This document shows, in pieces, positions 8,650-18,065 of a DNA stretch of 56,586 nucleotides (the first letter of the stretch is position 1; each line of letters begins with the position of its first letter). A model generated the notes under the pieces. That model worked only from the letters and a program-made list of their open reading frames with translations. It did no database searches and was not told where the DNA came from. This stretch comes from Actinomycetes bacterium (lineage in GTDB: Bacteria; Actinomycetota; Acidimicrobiia; Acidimicrobiales; JANYDT01). The position numbers and the translations under genes are program-made. The stretch lies in assembly GCA_031368095.1 (NCBI GenBank), contig JANLQX010000312.1:1-56586 (forward strand), written 5' to 3'.

Positions 8650-8690
8650 CGTCAACGTTGATTATCATCGACATTGATTACCGTCAACGT
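8650..8690. promoter_or_regulatory. operator-like repeat cluster in the divergent promoter gap
   Basis: CGTCAACGT x2 (8650-8658, 8682-8690), TTGATTA x2 (8658-8664, 8674-8680) and the palindrome TCAACGTTGA (8652-8661). This is the most AT-rich stretch in the area. A GGAGGAA Shine-Dalgarno at 8691-8697 precedes the ATG at 8707. Confidence 0.3.
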
Positions 8691-8706
8691 GGAGGAACAT
8701 TCGCAC

Positions 8707-9912
8707 ATGGCTCGTCTCAGCACATCGCAGGCCGCTCAACGCCTCGGGGTGAAACCGGAAACGATCTACGCCTACGTGAGCCGCGGTCTGCTCGACCGGT
8801 CACTCAGTGCCGACGGACGCAGGAGCACCTTCTCCGAGAATGACGTCGAGCAGCTCGCCCGACGAGGTCGGCCCCGCCAGTCCAGTCGGTCGCAGGCTCT
8901 TGATTTCACCATCACTACCGCCATCACCGAAATCACCCAGACGCACCTCCGCTATCGCGGCTACGACGCCGTCCGTTTGGCTCGCACCGCCACCTTCGAA
9001 CAGGTCGCCGGTGTCCTTTTGGTCGGTCGACTCACGGAGCACGAATCGTGGCCCGTGCAAAAGCTCGGCGCGCCCCGCAGCAGTTCCGCCTTTGATCACA
9101 TCGCCACCACCGCGATTCTTGCGGGCGACGCCGATCCGTTTCGAGCCGACCTCGAAGCGAGTTCCGTGGCGCACGCAACACGACGCCTCATCGCGTCCGT
9201 CGTCGACTCCCTTCCGGTCCTCGGTGACGGCCGCACCCCGCGCTTGGCGGTCGGCGGGACCAGTTACCGCGGTTCGCTGGCCGGGCGTCTCTGGACCCGA
9301 CTCACGCCTCGGCGCCCGCGGCCCGGCCTTATCGCCACCCTCAATGCGGCGCTGGTCCTCCTGGCCGACCACGAGCTCGCCGTCTCCACCGTTGGGGTCC
9401 GAGTGGCCGCTTCTACGCGCGCCGATCCGTACCGGGCGATCGTTGCCGGGAGCGCAGTGATGAGCGGACCGATGCACGGTGGCGCCAGTCGGGCCGCACG
9501 TCGCACGCTCGACGCCGCCATGGCCGGAAGCGGTGGGACGACCCACTCGGTGGAGCGAGCGGCCGCCCAGGCCCTCGAGACGAGCGGCATGTATCCGGGG
9601 TTCGGCCACAAGGTCTACAAGAACGGCGATCCACGGGCCGACGTACTTCTCGCCATGGTGCGCGAGGTCGCCGGTGGATCACCAGAAATGGCGACGGTGG
9701 ATGGGCTCATCGCCACGGTCCGTAAACGTCGCGATGTGCGACCGAACGTTGATCTCGCACTCGCTGCGCTCGGTCTGGTGGCGGGCCTTGCTGAGGACTC
9801 CGGCGAGATAATTTTCTCCGTTGCCCGCATCGCTGGCTGGGCGGCCCATGCCATCGAGGAGTACTCGGAAGCTCCCCTGCGGTTTCGAGCGCGTGCCGCC
9901 TACGCCGGGTAG
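8707..9912 (+). CDS. MerR/excisionase-type HTH domain fused to citrate synthase-family domain
   Basis: N-terminal MARLSTSQAAQRLGVKPETIYAYVSRGLL. The citrate synthase motifs GPMHGGA, GFGHKVYKNGDPR and NVDLALA follow. Confidence 0.75.
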   Translation: MARLSTSQAAQRLGVKPETIYAYVSRGLLDRSLSADGRRSTFSENDVEQLARRGRPRQSSRSQALDFTITTAITEITQTHLRYRGYDAVRLARTATFEQVAGVLLVGRLTEHESWPVQKLGAPRSSSAFDHIATTAILAGDADPFRADLEASSVAHATRRLIASVVDSLPVLGDGRTPRLAVGGTSYRGSLAGRLWTRLTPRRPRPGLIATLNAALVLLADHELAVSTVGVRVAASTRADPYRAIVAGSAVMSGPMHGGASRAARRTLDAAMAGSGGTTHSVERAAAQALETSGMYPGFGHKVYKNGDPRADVLLAMVREVAGGSPEMATVDGLIATVRKRRDVRPNVDLALAALGLVAGLAEDSGEIIFSVARIAGWAAHAIEEYSEAPLRFRARAAYAG

Positions 9913-9975
9913 CGCGCGCGGGTTTCTGAGACACGCCTTCAGGTGCGACAGCACACGTCTGCGAGGCTCTTACGC

Positions 9976-11340
9976 ATGGAAGAACACCACGTCGATGTCG
10001 TTGTTGTCGGAATGGGACCAGGGGGTGAGGACGTGGCCGGGCAGCTGGCAACGTCCGGCCTGCAGGTCGTGGGCATCGAAGACCATCTCGTCGGAGGTGA
10101 GTGTCCTTACTATGGGTGCATACCATCCAAGATGGTCATTAGGGCCGCCGATCTCCTGGAGGAGGCCCGGCGGGTAAACGTCATGTCCGGCACGGCGACT
10201 GTCACCCCGAACTACACCATCGTCGCCGACCGGATTCGTGACGAGGCCACTGACAACTGGGACGACACCGTCGCCGTCGATCGGTTCGTTGGTAAGGGAG
10301 GCGTGTTTGTCCGAGGGCGTGGCCTGCTCGACGGACCGGGCCGAGTCAAGGTCAGTGATCACGTCTACGTGGCCCGCCGCGGTGTGGTGCTCGCCACGGG
10401 TACGTCGCCGGCGATTCCACCCGTTGCGGGCCTGGCCGACGCCAAGCCCTGGACCAACCGCGACGTGTTCAAGATTCGCACCAACCCGGCGTCGCTCATC
10501 GTGCTCGGCGGCGGCGCCATTGGCTTGGAGCTGGCGCAGGCGATGTCGCGTTTCGGGACCAAGGTCACCGTTATCGAAGCGTTCGAGCGAATTCTCGCTC
10601 CCGAGGAACCGGAGTCGAGTGCTCTGCTGACCACCGTGTTGCGTTCCGAAGGAATTGATGTGCGAACCGGAGTCGCGGCCACGTCGGTGGAGCGCAAAGG
10701 CGGGCGGGTGACCGTCCTACTGGCCGACGGCAAAAGCGTCACGGCCGACGAAATTCTGGTGGCGGCGGGGCGTACCCCGAACCTGAACGGCATTGGGCTG
10801 GACACCGTCGGGCTCGACGAGAATGCGCGACCCTCGATCACCACCGACGAGCACATGCGGGTGCTTGGCGCGGACCAACTCTGGGCCGTGGGCGACATCG
10901 CCGGTCGAGGCGCGTTCACGCACATGGCCGTATACGAGGCCGCCGTGGTCCTCGACGACATCCTGGGAAAGACGTCTCCTCGCGTGGCCGAGAACCACGC
11001 CGTATCGCGCGTGACCTTCACCGATCCGGAAGTGGGATCGGTCGGAATGACCGAAGCTCAGGCCCGAGCCGCGGGAATCACTGTGCACATAGGTTTGGCC
11101 GACTCATCGACGTCGAGTCGCGGTTGGTTGCATGGAGAGGGGAACGCCGGCTTGATGAAGCTGGTCATCGACCTCGACCGCGGCATCCTGGTCGGCGCCA
11201 CGTCGATCGGACCGCGAGGTGGCGATGTGCTGTCCATGTTCAACCTGGCCGTGCATGCGCGCCTACCAATCAACCAGCTACGCACCATGATCTACGCCTA
11301 TCCCACGTTCTATCGGGGAGCACTCGATGCGCTCGACTAG
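9976..11340 (+). CDS. FAD/NAD(P)-dependent pyridine nucleotide-disulfide oxidoreductase (class I flavoprotein disulfide reductase)
   Basis: VVVVGMGPGGEDVA (FAD GxGxxG), redox-active GGECPYYGCIPSK, a second dinucleotide fold VLGGGAIGLELA, and a C-terminal dimerization region. Confidence 0.75.
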   Translation: MEEHHVDVVVVGMGPGGEDVAGQLATSGLQVVGIEDHLVGGECPYYGCIPSKMVIRAADLLEEARRVNVMSGTATVTPNYTIVADRIRDEATDNWDDTVAVDRFVGKGGVFVRGRGLLDGPGRVKVSDHVYVARRGVVLATGTSPAIPPVAGLADAKPWTNRDVFKIRTNPASLIVLGGGAIGLELAQAMSRFGTKVTVIEAFERILAPEEPESSALLTTVLRSEGIDVRTGVAATSVERKGGRVTVLLADGKSVTADEILVAAGRTPNLNGIGLDTVGLDENARPSITTDEHMRVLGADQLWAVGDIAGRGAFTHMAVYEAAVVLDDILGKTSPRVAENHAVSRVTFTDPEVGSVGMTEAQARAAGITVHIGLADSSTSSRGWLHGEGNAGLMKLVIDLDRGILVGATSIGPRGGDVLSMFNLAVHARLPINQLRTMIYAYPTFYRGALDALD

Positions 11341-11476
11341 CCCGAGAACATGACCTTCGGCCCTAGGAAGTGGGCGAGCGTTCCGAGACGCTGAAGGGGT
11401 GAGAACAACGAGCGCACCGTCGGTCCGAGATCCCGCCGCAGACGCGAACCGACCCGCCCACGGAGAGCCGTCGCCG

Positions 11477-14185
11477 ATGGTCGAGGGAGACGCAATCCTC
11501 CTCGACGGCTCGACGGTGCACCTTCGCTCGTTGACGGCGGCCGATCGATTGGCCGTTGTCGCGCTGTTCGACTCGCTCTCGCCGGAATCGCGTCGTCGCC
11601 GATTCTTCACTGCGCTCAAAACGCTTGAAGGGCCGCTCCTCGATCGACTTCTGCGGGTCGACCACAACGATGCCATCGTCATCGTCGCGGTCCGCAGCGG
11701 ACGTATCGTCGGCATCGGTCGTGCCAATCGGGAGTTGACCTCTGCCGGCACCGCATCGGACCGGGCCGAGGTCGCGTTCACGGTGGCCGACGAGTTGCAC
11801 GGGCACGGTATTGCGACCTTGCTCTTGGAGGCGCTGGCCACGCGGGCTCGACTCGTCGACATCGCCTATTTCGTTGCCGTGACGCAGTCCGACAACGGAG
11901 CCATGCTTCGCGTCTTCCGGTCCGCCGGCTACGACGCGTTGATCCATCACGATCCCCTTGACCCAGCCCTGATGCTGATTTCGTTTTCCATCAACGAGGA
12001 CGACGAGTCGCGAGCGGCTCGACGCAATCGCGAACGCCAGGCCGGACGGGCGTCGCTCGAACCGCTGTTGCGGCCTCGGTCAATCGCCGTGATCGGCGTA
12101 TCGGAGACCAGACTCACGCCGGGGAGACGGGTGCTGCAGGAACTCGTGGCGCACGGGTACACCGGCCCGGTCTTCCCGGTCCATCCGCACGCGTCGTCGA
12201 TCGAGTCGCTCCCGTGCTTCTCCTCGGTGGCCGCCATCGGCCAACCGATCGACCTCGCCATCATTGCCGTGCCGGCACCGGATGTGATCAACGTCGCCCG
12301 CCGGTGTGCCGAGGCGGGAGTCCGTGGAATCTTGGTGCTTTCCGCCGGGTTCGCCGAGGTCGGAGTTGAGGGACGGACACGGCAGATGGAATTGCTCACC
12401 GTCGTCCGCGATAGCGGCATGCGATGCATCGGGCCGAACTGCCTCGGCATCGTCAACACGAACGACACCGTTCGCATGCATGCCGTTTTCACCGAACTCG
12501 ACCTGGCGCCTGGGCCCGTTGCCCTCATGTCGCAGTCCGGAGCCGTGGCCATGGCGATTGCCTCCCTAGCCAAACAGCGCGGCATCGGCTTTTCGTCACT
12601 CGTGTCGGTGGGCAACAAAGTTGATGTGAGTGGCAACGACCTGCTCGAGTACTGGGACCAGGATGAGCAAACCAGGGTGATCGCGCTCTATCTCGAATCG
12701 TTCGGGAACCCTCGGAAGTTCGCTCGGCTCGCACGAGAGATCAGCCGCCGCAAACCAATCGTCGCCATCAAGGCGGCTCGTTCCGATGCCGGTCGGAAAG
12801 CGGCGTCGTCGCATACTGGAGCGCTGGCCGCCCCCGACGCAACGGTCGACGCTCTGTTTGATCAGGCTGGCATTCTCCGGGTCGAAGAGCCCGGCGAACT
12901 TCTTGATCTGTGCGTAGCCCTGGACCGGCTCCCACTGCCCGGCGGACGGCGCGTCGCCATCGTGGGAAATGCCGGCGGACTCGCTATCTTGGCCGCCGAT
13001 GCACTCACCCACGGCGCACTCACTCTCGCCGAATTGGCGCCAGAAACCGTTGCGACCCTAAGAACGCTCGCCCCGCCGAATGCGTCGGCATCGAACCCGG
13101 TCGATCTGACCGCGACCACGACGTCGGAGCAACTCGCCGACGCCACGCGCTGCCTGGTGGCCGACCCCGGCGTCGATGCTGTCATCGTTGTCCACGTGCA
13201 GGTCGTGACCGACGATGACGACGACATCAGCCAGATCCTCAGCGTGCTCTCGGCCATCGTGACCAAACCGATCGTCGTCGTCTTCGGAGGCGGCAGGGTC
13301 GGCACCGTCGGCACCGGCGGCGCCGTTGCCAACGAATCAACCTTGGTGGCCGTGCCGACGGCGCGAGAGGCTGCGCTCCTTCTCGGGCACATGGCGGACC
13401 GTCGCCGGTGGCTAAATAGTCAGGAGGACGACGCCCCCGAGATCCCTCCGGCGGGAATTGCCCGCATCAGGTCAATCATCTCTGCCGGCCTGATGACCGG
13501 CGCCAACGACGGATGGCTTCCCATCACGGCCGCGTTCGAGATCCTCAATCTGGCGGGCATCGGGGTGGCCGGCCCCGTGCTGGCCACCAATGGCGAAGAG
13601 GCCGCAGCAATCGCGGCTGCGATCGGGTTTCCGGTGAGTGTGAAAGCGGCCGATCCCTCCCTGCTCCATCGAAGCGATGTGGGGGCCGTGCGGATCGGTC
13701 TCCGCGATGAGTACAACGTTCTGTGCGCATACGAAGCGATCGAGCACGCCCTGGGCGACGCAATGGGTGGCGCGCTGATTCAGGCAATGGCTCCGTCGGG
13801 CGTGGAGATGATTCTCGGCATCAGCAACGATCGGCACTTCGGCCCGCTCGTGCTTCTTGGAGCCGGTGGACGGACGGCCGAACTGTGGCGCGACACCGCG
13901 CTGCATCTCGCACCGCTCGGACGAAACGCGGCCCGCACGATGATCGAATCGCTGCGGAGCCACCGTCTTCTCACCGGGTTCCGCGGCTCCGAACCGGCCG
14001 ACCAAACCGCCTTGATCGACGCGCTTCTGCGGGTGGCTCAGGTAGCCGCCGAGTTCCCCGAGATCGTCGAACTCGACGTGAACCCCCTCATCGTCCACAC
14101 CCGCGGCGCAACCGCAGTGGACGCCAAGATCCGTCTCGCCCCGAATCCAGCTGCGGGAAACGACGAACTTCGCCTCCTCCGCTAG
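11477..14185 (+). CDS. Pat-type protein acetyltransferase: N-terminal GNAT fused to an NDP-forming acyl-CoA synthetase-like region (CoA-binding + ATP-grasp)
   Basis: GNAT core ELHGHGIATLLLEALATRA, then CoA-binding SIAVIGVS...GPVFPVHP, then an ACS-like alpha/beta region. The domain order matches Streptomyces PatA. ATG at 11477 within ORF 11399..14185. Confidence 0.8.
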   Translation: MVEGDAILLDGSTVHLRSLTAADRLAVVALFDSLSPESRRRRFFTALKTLEGPLLDRLLRVDHNDAIVIVAVRSGRIVGIGRANRELTSAGTASDRAEVAFTVADELHGHGIATLLLEALATRARLVDIAYFVAVTQSDNGAMLRVFRSAGYDALIHHDPLDPALMLISFSINEDDESRAARRNRERQAGRASLEPLLRPRSIAVIGVSETRLTPGRRVLQELVAHGYTGPVFPVHPHASSIESLPCFSSVAAIGQPIDLAIIAVPAPDVINVARRCAEAGVRGILVLSAGFAEVGVEGRTRQMELLTVVRDSGMRCIGPNCLGIVNTNDTVRMHAVFTELDLAPGPVALMSQSGAVAMAIASLAKQRGIGFSSLVSVGNKVDVSGNDLLEYWDQDEQTRVIALYLESFGNPRKFARLAREISRRKPIVAIKAARSDAGRKAASSHTGALAAPDATVDALFDQAGILRVEEPGELLDLCVALDRLPLPGGRRVAIVGNAGGLAILAADALTHGALTLAELAPETVATLRTLAPPNASASNPVDLTATTTSEQLADATRCLVADPGVDAVIVVHVQVVTDDDDDISQILSVLSAIVTKPIVVVFGGGRVGTVGTGGAVANESTLVAVPTAREAALLLGHMADRRRWLNSQEDDAPEIPPAGIARIRSIISAGLMTGANDGWLPITAAFEILNLAGIGVAGPVLATNGEEAAAIAAAIGFPVSVKAADPSLLHRSDVGAVRIGLRDEYNVLCAYEAIEHALGDAMGGALIQAMAPSGVEMILGISNDRHFGPLVLLGAGGRTAELWRDTALHLAPLGRNAARTMIESLRSHRLLTGFRGSEPADQTALIDALLRVAQVAAEFPEIVELDVNPLIVHTRGATAVDAKIRLAPNPAAGNDELRLLR

Positions 14186-14209
14186 GCCCGACACCCGCAA
14201 GTTTGATCA

Positions 14210-15013
14210 TCAGAGTTCGCCCTGAGCGCTCAAGTGATCAAACTCGCCGTTCGCCACCGCTCCGGTTGGCGCGTTCGGATCGACGGACACGTCCCACAAC
14301 TCTTTGATCCGACGCTTCAGTGTCGCCTCGATGTCGGCGTCCTCTTCAGGAACAAACCTCCGGACGACACCGATCACCGCAGGCACGAGCACTTGGGCGT
14401 CGTCCACGGTGATCCCGCCACTCCATGCGGCGGCGACGTCAAGCGCAAGTTCAGTCCGCCACCGCTTCCCGCGTTCTCCGATGACGCGTCGAGCCTTGAC
14501 GATCACCCGGACGTCTTTTGGGAAGTGGGCCACCAACTGGTCACGCTCCCCCGGTGGAATCTGGGCCAGTACGGCATTCAGCGTGCCTCGCACCGCAGCC
14601 ACTGCTGGCGGGCCGATGATCCCGATCGCTTCTGCGGTCGCCAGGAGTGCCGTGAGCATCTCCGAACGGGGCGCACCATCGCCTCCATCCGACGGTCTCG
14701 AGTCTCCCGGGAGCAGACCGACGTGAAGGTGCGATTCCACAATCAGCACTCCAGGGATCCGGGCCGCTTGGTCCTCGATGCATTCGGCATCGTGCACCGA
14801 TCCAACGTCACCGTGCAGGAGGACAACAGCCCCCTCGGCCATCACGTGAATTCGAGGTACATCGAGCGCGTGGGTGAGTGGCCCCAGTGCGGTTCGGACC
14901 CGATCGGCCAGATCGGGTCCCTCCGGATGGCCAACCAGATGTCGGATCGTGGTGATGGTGAGGACACCTGTCGTGGTCCCGACGATGAGGGTTTGCGGCT
15001 TCTTATCGATCAT
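14210..15013 (-). CDS. BON domain + DUF2267-like protein
   Basis: ORF trimmed to the ATG at 15013 (MIDKKPQ). BON-like HVMAEGAVVLLHGDVGSVHDAECIEDQAARIPGVLIVESHLHV. The C-terminal helical half (LAQIPPGERDQLVAHFPKDV) resembles DUF2267. Confidence 0.55.
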   Translation of the reverse strand: MIDKKPQTLIVGTTTGVLTITTIRHLVGHPEGPDLADRVRTALGPLTHALDVPRIHVMAEGAVVLLHGDVGSVHDAECIEDQAARIPGVLIVESHLHVGLLPGDSRPSDGGDGAPRSEMLTALLATAEAIGIIGPPAVAAVRGTLNAVLAQIPPGERDQLVAHFPKDVRVIVKARRVIGERGKRWRTELALDVAAAWSGGITVDDAQVLVPAVIGVVRRFVPEEDADIEATLKRRIKELWDVSVDPNAPTGAVANGEFDHLSAQGEL

Positions 15014-15086
15014 GGTGAGAGCTCCTGGCTCCGCTGACACTCGTGCGGTACCTCCGAGCGTGCTCGGCCGGAGGGGTTGGAGAAAA

Positions 15087-15100
15087 GGGACCTTGGGCTC
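15087..15100. promoter_or_regulatory. weak DosR-type box candidate GGGACCTTGGGCTC
   Basis: One good half-site only. It lies in the divergent gap between 15013 (-) and 15170 (+). Confidence 0.2.
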
Positions 15101-15169
15101 TGCTGTCGACGCCAACAGTCCGCTCCACTGTTCCTCCGACGAACCGCGGCGAACACCGCTTCCTCGACG

Positions 15170-15511
15170 ATGCGCCATGCTGAACCTGTGAGCACCGACC
15201 TTCGCATCGCCCGCACGATGCTTGCTTCGCTGGCCATCAGCTTCGTCATCAGCGCCTGGGCGCTCCGCCGGCAGGGCGCGTCACCGATTCAGGTGTGGAC
15301 GTGGCTTGGCGCCGGGCTCCTTGGAGCGGCGCTCATCCCCGCCTTCGAACCGAGCCGAACAGCTATCCAGGTGATCATGTTTGTGATCTACGCCGGCCCT
15401 CTTGGCTGGGCTTTGCGGGGCGACCTCCGCAACCGCAACGCCCTGATGGTGGGAATCGACGTGTCAGGCTTTGCGGCGCTCATTGCGTCCCTCGCTCTCG
15501 TTCTCCGGTGA
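15170..15511 (+). CDS. small hydrophobic membrane protein, unknown function
   Basis: 3-4 predicted TM stretches (MLASLAISFVISAWAL, VWTWLGAGLLGAALIPAF, VIMFVIYAGPLGWAL, GFAALIASLALVL). The start is uncertain: ATG at 15170 or GTG at about 15188. Confidence 0.4.
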   Translation: MRHAEPVSTDLRIARTMLASLAISFVISAWALRRQGASPIQVWTWLGAGLLGAALIPAFEPSRTAIQVIMFVIYAGPLGWALRGDLRNRNALMVGIDVSGFAALIASLALVLR

Positions 15512-15592
15512 GGTCCGGCCAAGCTCGCAAGATTGAACATCAGCGCTCGCTCGGAGCGACGTGGTGATCAAACTCCGCCGCAAACTCTCCGG

Positions 15593-17989
15593 TCACGTCA
15601 CCGGCCAGCGCCAGTTTTGAATCGACGCCATGTCCTCGCCGTGGGCCGCGATGTAGCGATGATGTCGCATCCGTTCGTCGACGAGATGTTGACGGAGAAT
15701 CGGCTCGCGGACACCCAGCCCCGGCACCCGATCGATCACGTCGATGGCGAGATGGAACCGATCAAGATCGTTACGGACGACCATGTCGAACGGGGTGGTC
15801 GTTGAGCCCTCCTCCTTGAAGCCGCGTACGTGAATGTTGGCGTGGTTAGCCCGTCGATAGGTGAGCCGATGGATCAGGGTCGGATAGCCGTGAAAGGCGA
15901 AAATCACCGGCTTGTTCGTCGTGAACAATTGGTCGAAAGCTCGGTCCGAAAGTCCGTGGGGGTGTTCGCGTTCGCCCTGCAGACGCATGAGGTCAACGAC
16001 GTTGACAAAGCGCACCTTCAACTCCGGGATCGCCGCACGAAGAATGGATACGGCCGCCAGTGCTTCGAGAGTTGGCACGTCACCGGCCGCGGCAAAGACC
16101 ACGTCGGGTTCGGTCCCGTCGTCGTTCGACGCCCAGTCCCACACCCCAATTCCGCGCTCGACGTGACCAAGAGCTTCGTCGTAGGTGAGCCACTGTGGCG
16201 CCAGTTGCTTGCCGGCAACGACAACGTTCACCGTGTCGCGGCTGCGAAGACAGTGCTCGGTGACCACCAGCAGCGAGTTCGCATCCGGCGGGAGGTAGAC
16301 CCTCACCACTTCGGCTTTCTTGTTCACCACCAGATCAAGGAACCCCGGATCCTGATGCGAAAGTCCGTTGTGATCCTGACGCCAGACGTGCGAGGTCAGC
16401 AGATAATTGAGTGACGCCACCGGCGCTCGCCAACCGATGCCCTGCGACCCCTTCAGCCACTTCGCATGTTGATTAAACATCGAATCAACAATGTGAATGA
16501 AGGCCTCGTAGCACGTGAAGAAGCCGTGGCGACCGGTCAGCAAGTAGCCCTCCAGCCACCCCTGACATTGATGTTCCGACAGCACCTCCATGATTCGCCC
16601 AGACGGCGAAACGTGTTCGTCGCCGGGTTCAATCCTCGCCACCAGGCAGCGGTCGGTGACTTCAAGAATGTCCTGCCACCGATTCGAAGAGAGCTCATCG
16701 GGAGCAAAGACCCGGAAGTTCGCCGATGCCAAGTTGGCCCGCATGACTTCGGCCAAGAACCGTCCCTGAACCCGCGTGGCCTCGGCATCGCCACCGCCTG
16801 GAACGGCCACCGCCACGGCAAACTCCGATGGGTCGGGGATAGCCAGATCACGAAGCAGCTGACCGCCGTTGGCATGGGGGTTCGCACTCATGCGACGCAA
16901 CCCAACCGGCGCAATGTCGTCGAGGTCTTTGCCCGGACGGCCATGGTCGTCGAAGAGATCGCGAGGGTCATAGCTCTGCAGCCACCCTTCGAGCACAGCC
17001 AGGTGTGCCTCAGTTGCGGTGTCGAGCAGCGGCACCTGATGCGAACGCCATGTGCCCTCGACCAGCTTGGCGTCAATGACCTCTGGACACGTCCACCCTT
17101 TGGGCGAGCGCAGGACGATCATTGGCCACGTCGGGCGCACGACCGTTGACGGCGCGTCGACCGACCGTGCCGTTCGCTGGATCGACCGGATGGAGGCGAC
17201 ACAGTCGTCGACCGCCATCGCCATCTGTTCGTGCATGTCCTGGGGATCATCACCCTCCACGTAGTGCGGGTTCCAGCCGTAGCCGCGCAGCAGATGATCA
17301 AGCTCTTCTGGAGGGATCCGGGCCAGGAAAGCGGCGCTGGCAATCTTGTAGCCGTTGAGATGCAGAACCGGCAGCACTGCGCCATCGCGTGACGGATTGA
17401 GGAACTTGTTGCCGTGCCAGCCGGTCGCCAGCGGGCCGGTCTCGGCTTCCCCGTCACCAACCACCGCGGTCACGATGAGGTCGGGGTTGTCGAAGGCCGC
17501 CCCGAACGCATGGGAGAGCACATAGCCGAGCTCACCACCCTCGTGAATCGAGCCGGGCGTTTCCGGTGCTGCATGCGATGGGATCCCGCCCGGAAAGCTG
17601 AACTGACGAAACAGCCGGGCCATACCGGCGGCATCTCGAGTCACGTTTGGATACAACTCCGAATACGTCCCCTCCAACCACGCGTTGGCGACCAAGGCAG
17701 GACCGCCATGTCCGGGGCCGGCGAGCAGGATCATCGACAGGTCCTGATTGCAGATCACCCGATTCATATGTGCATAGATGAAATTGATACCCGGGCTGGT
17801 ACCCCAGTGTCCGAGCAATCGAGGTTTCACATCAGAATGCGCAAGTGGACTCGTCAGCAACGGATTGGCCATCAGGTAGATCTGGCCAAGCGCCAGGTAG
17901 TTGGCCGCCCGCCACCACCGGTGCACTGCGTCAAGCGTGACCTTGGTGGCCGGCGCGGTCAGTGGCTCCAGTGTTGGCAGTGTTGGCAT
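15593..17989 (-). CDS. xfp: xylulose-5-phosphate/fructose-6-phosphate phosphoketolase
   Basis: ORF 15593..18163 trimmed to the ATG at 17989, giving 798 aa. Motifs: [39 protein letters not shown]. The length is typical for Xfp. Confidence 0.9.
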   Translation of the reverse strand: MPTLPTLEPLTAPATKVTLDAVHRWWRAANYLALGQIYLMANPLLTSPLAHSDVKPRLLGHWGTSPGINFIYAHMNRVICNQDLSMILLAGPGHGGPALVANAWLEGTYSELYPNVTRDAAGMARLFRQFSFPGGIPSHAAPETPGSIHEGGELGYVLSHAFGAAFDNPDLIVTAVVGDGEAETGPLATGWHGNKFLNPSRDGAVLPVLHLNGYKIASAAFLARIPPEELDHLLRGYGWNPHYVEGDDPQDMHEQMAMAVDDCVASIRSIQRTARSVDAPSTVVRPTWPMIVLRSPKGWTCPEVIDAKLVEGTWRSHQVPLLDTATEAHLAVLEGWLQSYDPRDLFDDHGRPGKDLDDIAPVGLRRMSANPHANGGQLLRDLAIPDPSEFAVAVAVPGGGDAEATRVQGRFLAEVMRANLASANFRVFAPDELSSNRWQDILEVTDRCLVARIEPGDEHVSPSGRIMEVLSEHQCQGWLEGYLLTGRHGFFTCYEAFIHIVDSMFNQHAKWLKGSQGIGWRAPVASLNYLLTSHVWRQDHNGLSHQDPGFLDLVVNKKAEVVRVYLPPDANSLLVVTEHCLRSRDTVNVVVAGKQLAPQWLTYDEALGHVERGIGVWDWASNDDGTEPDVVFAAAGDVPTLEALAAVSILRAAIPELKVRFVNVVDLMRLQGEREHPHGLSDRAFDQLFTTNKPVIFAFHGYPTLIHRLTYRRANHANIHVRGFKEEGSTTTPFDMVVRNDLDRFHLAIDVIDRVPGLGVREPILRQHLVDERMRHHRYIAAHGEDMASIQNWRWPVT

Positions 17990-18046
17990 CGCTCCATCAT
18001 CGAAAAGTGTCGATGCCTTGGCCAGTGCCAAGCGTCTTGCGGCGTC

Positions 18047-18060
18047 GGGACAAAGGTCCC
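18047..18060. promoter_or_regulatory. DosR/DevR-type box GGGACAAAGGTCCC (perfect palindromic half-sites)
   Basis: It lies in the 76-nt gap between the HDAC stop (18066) and the xfp ATG (17989). Confidence 0.5.
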
Positions 18061-18065
18061 GGTAG

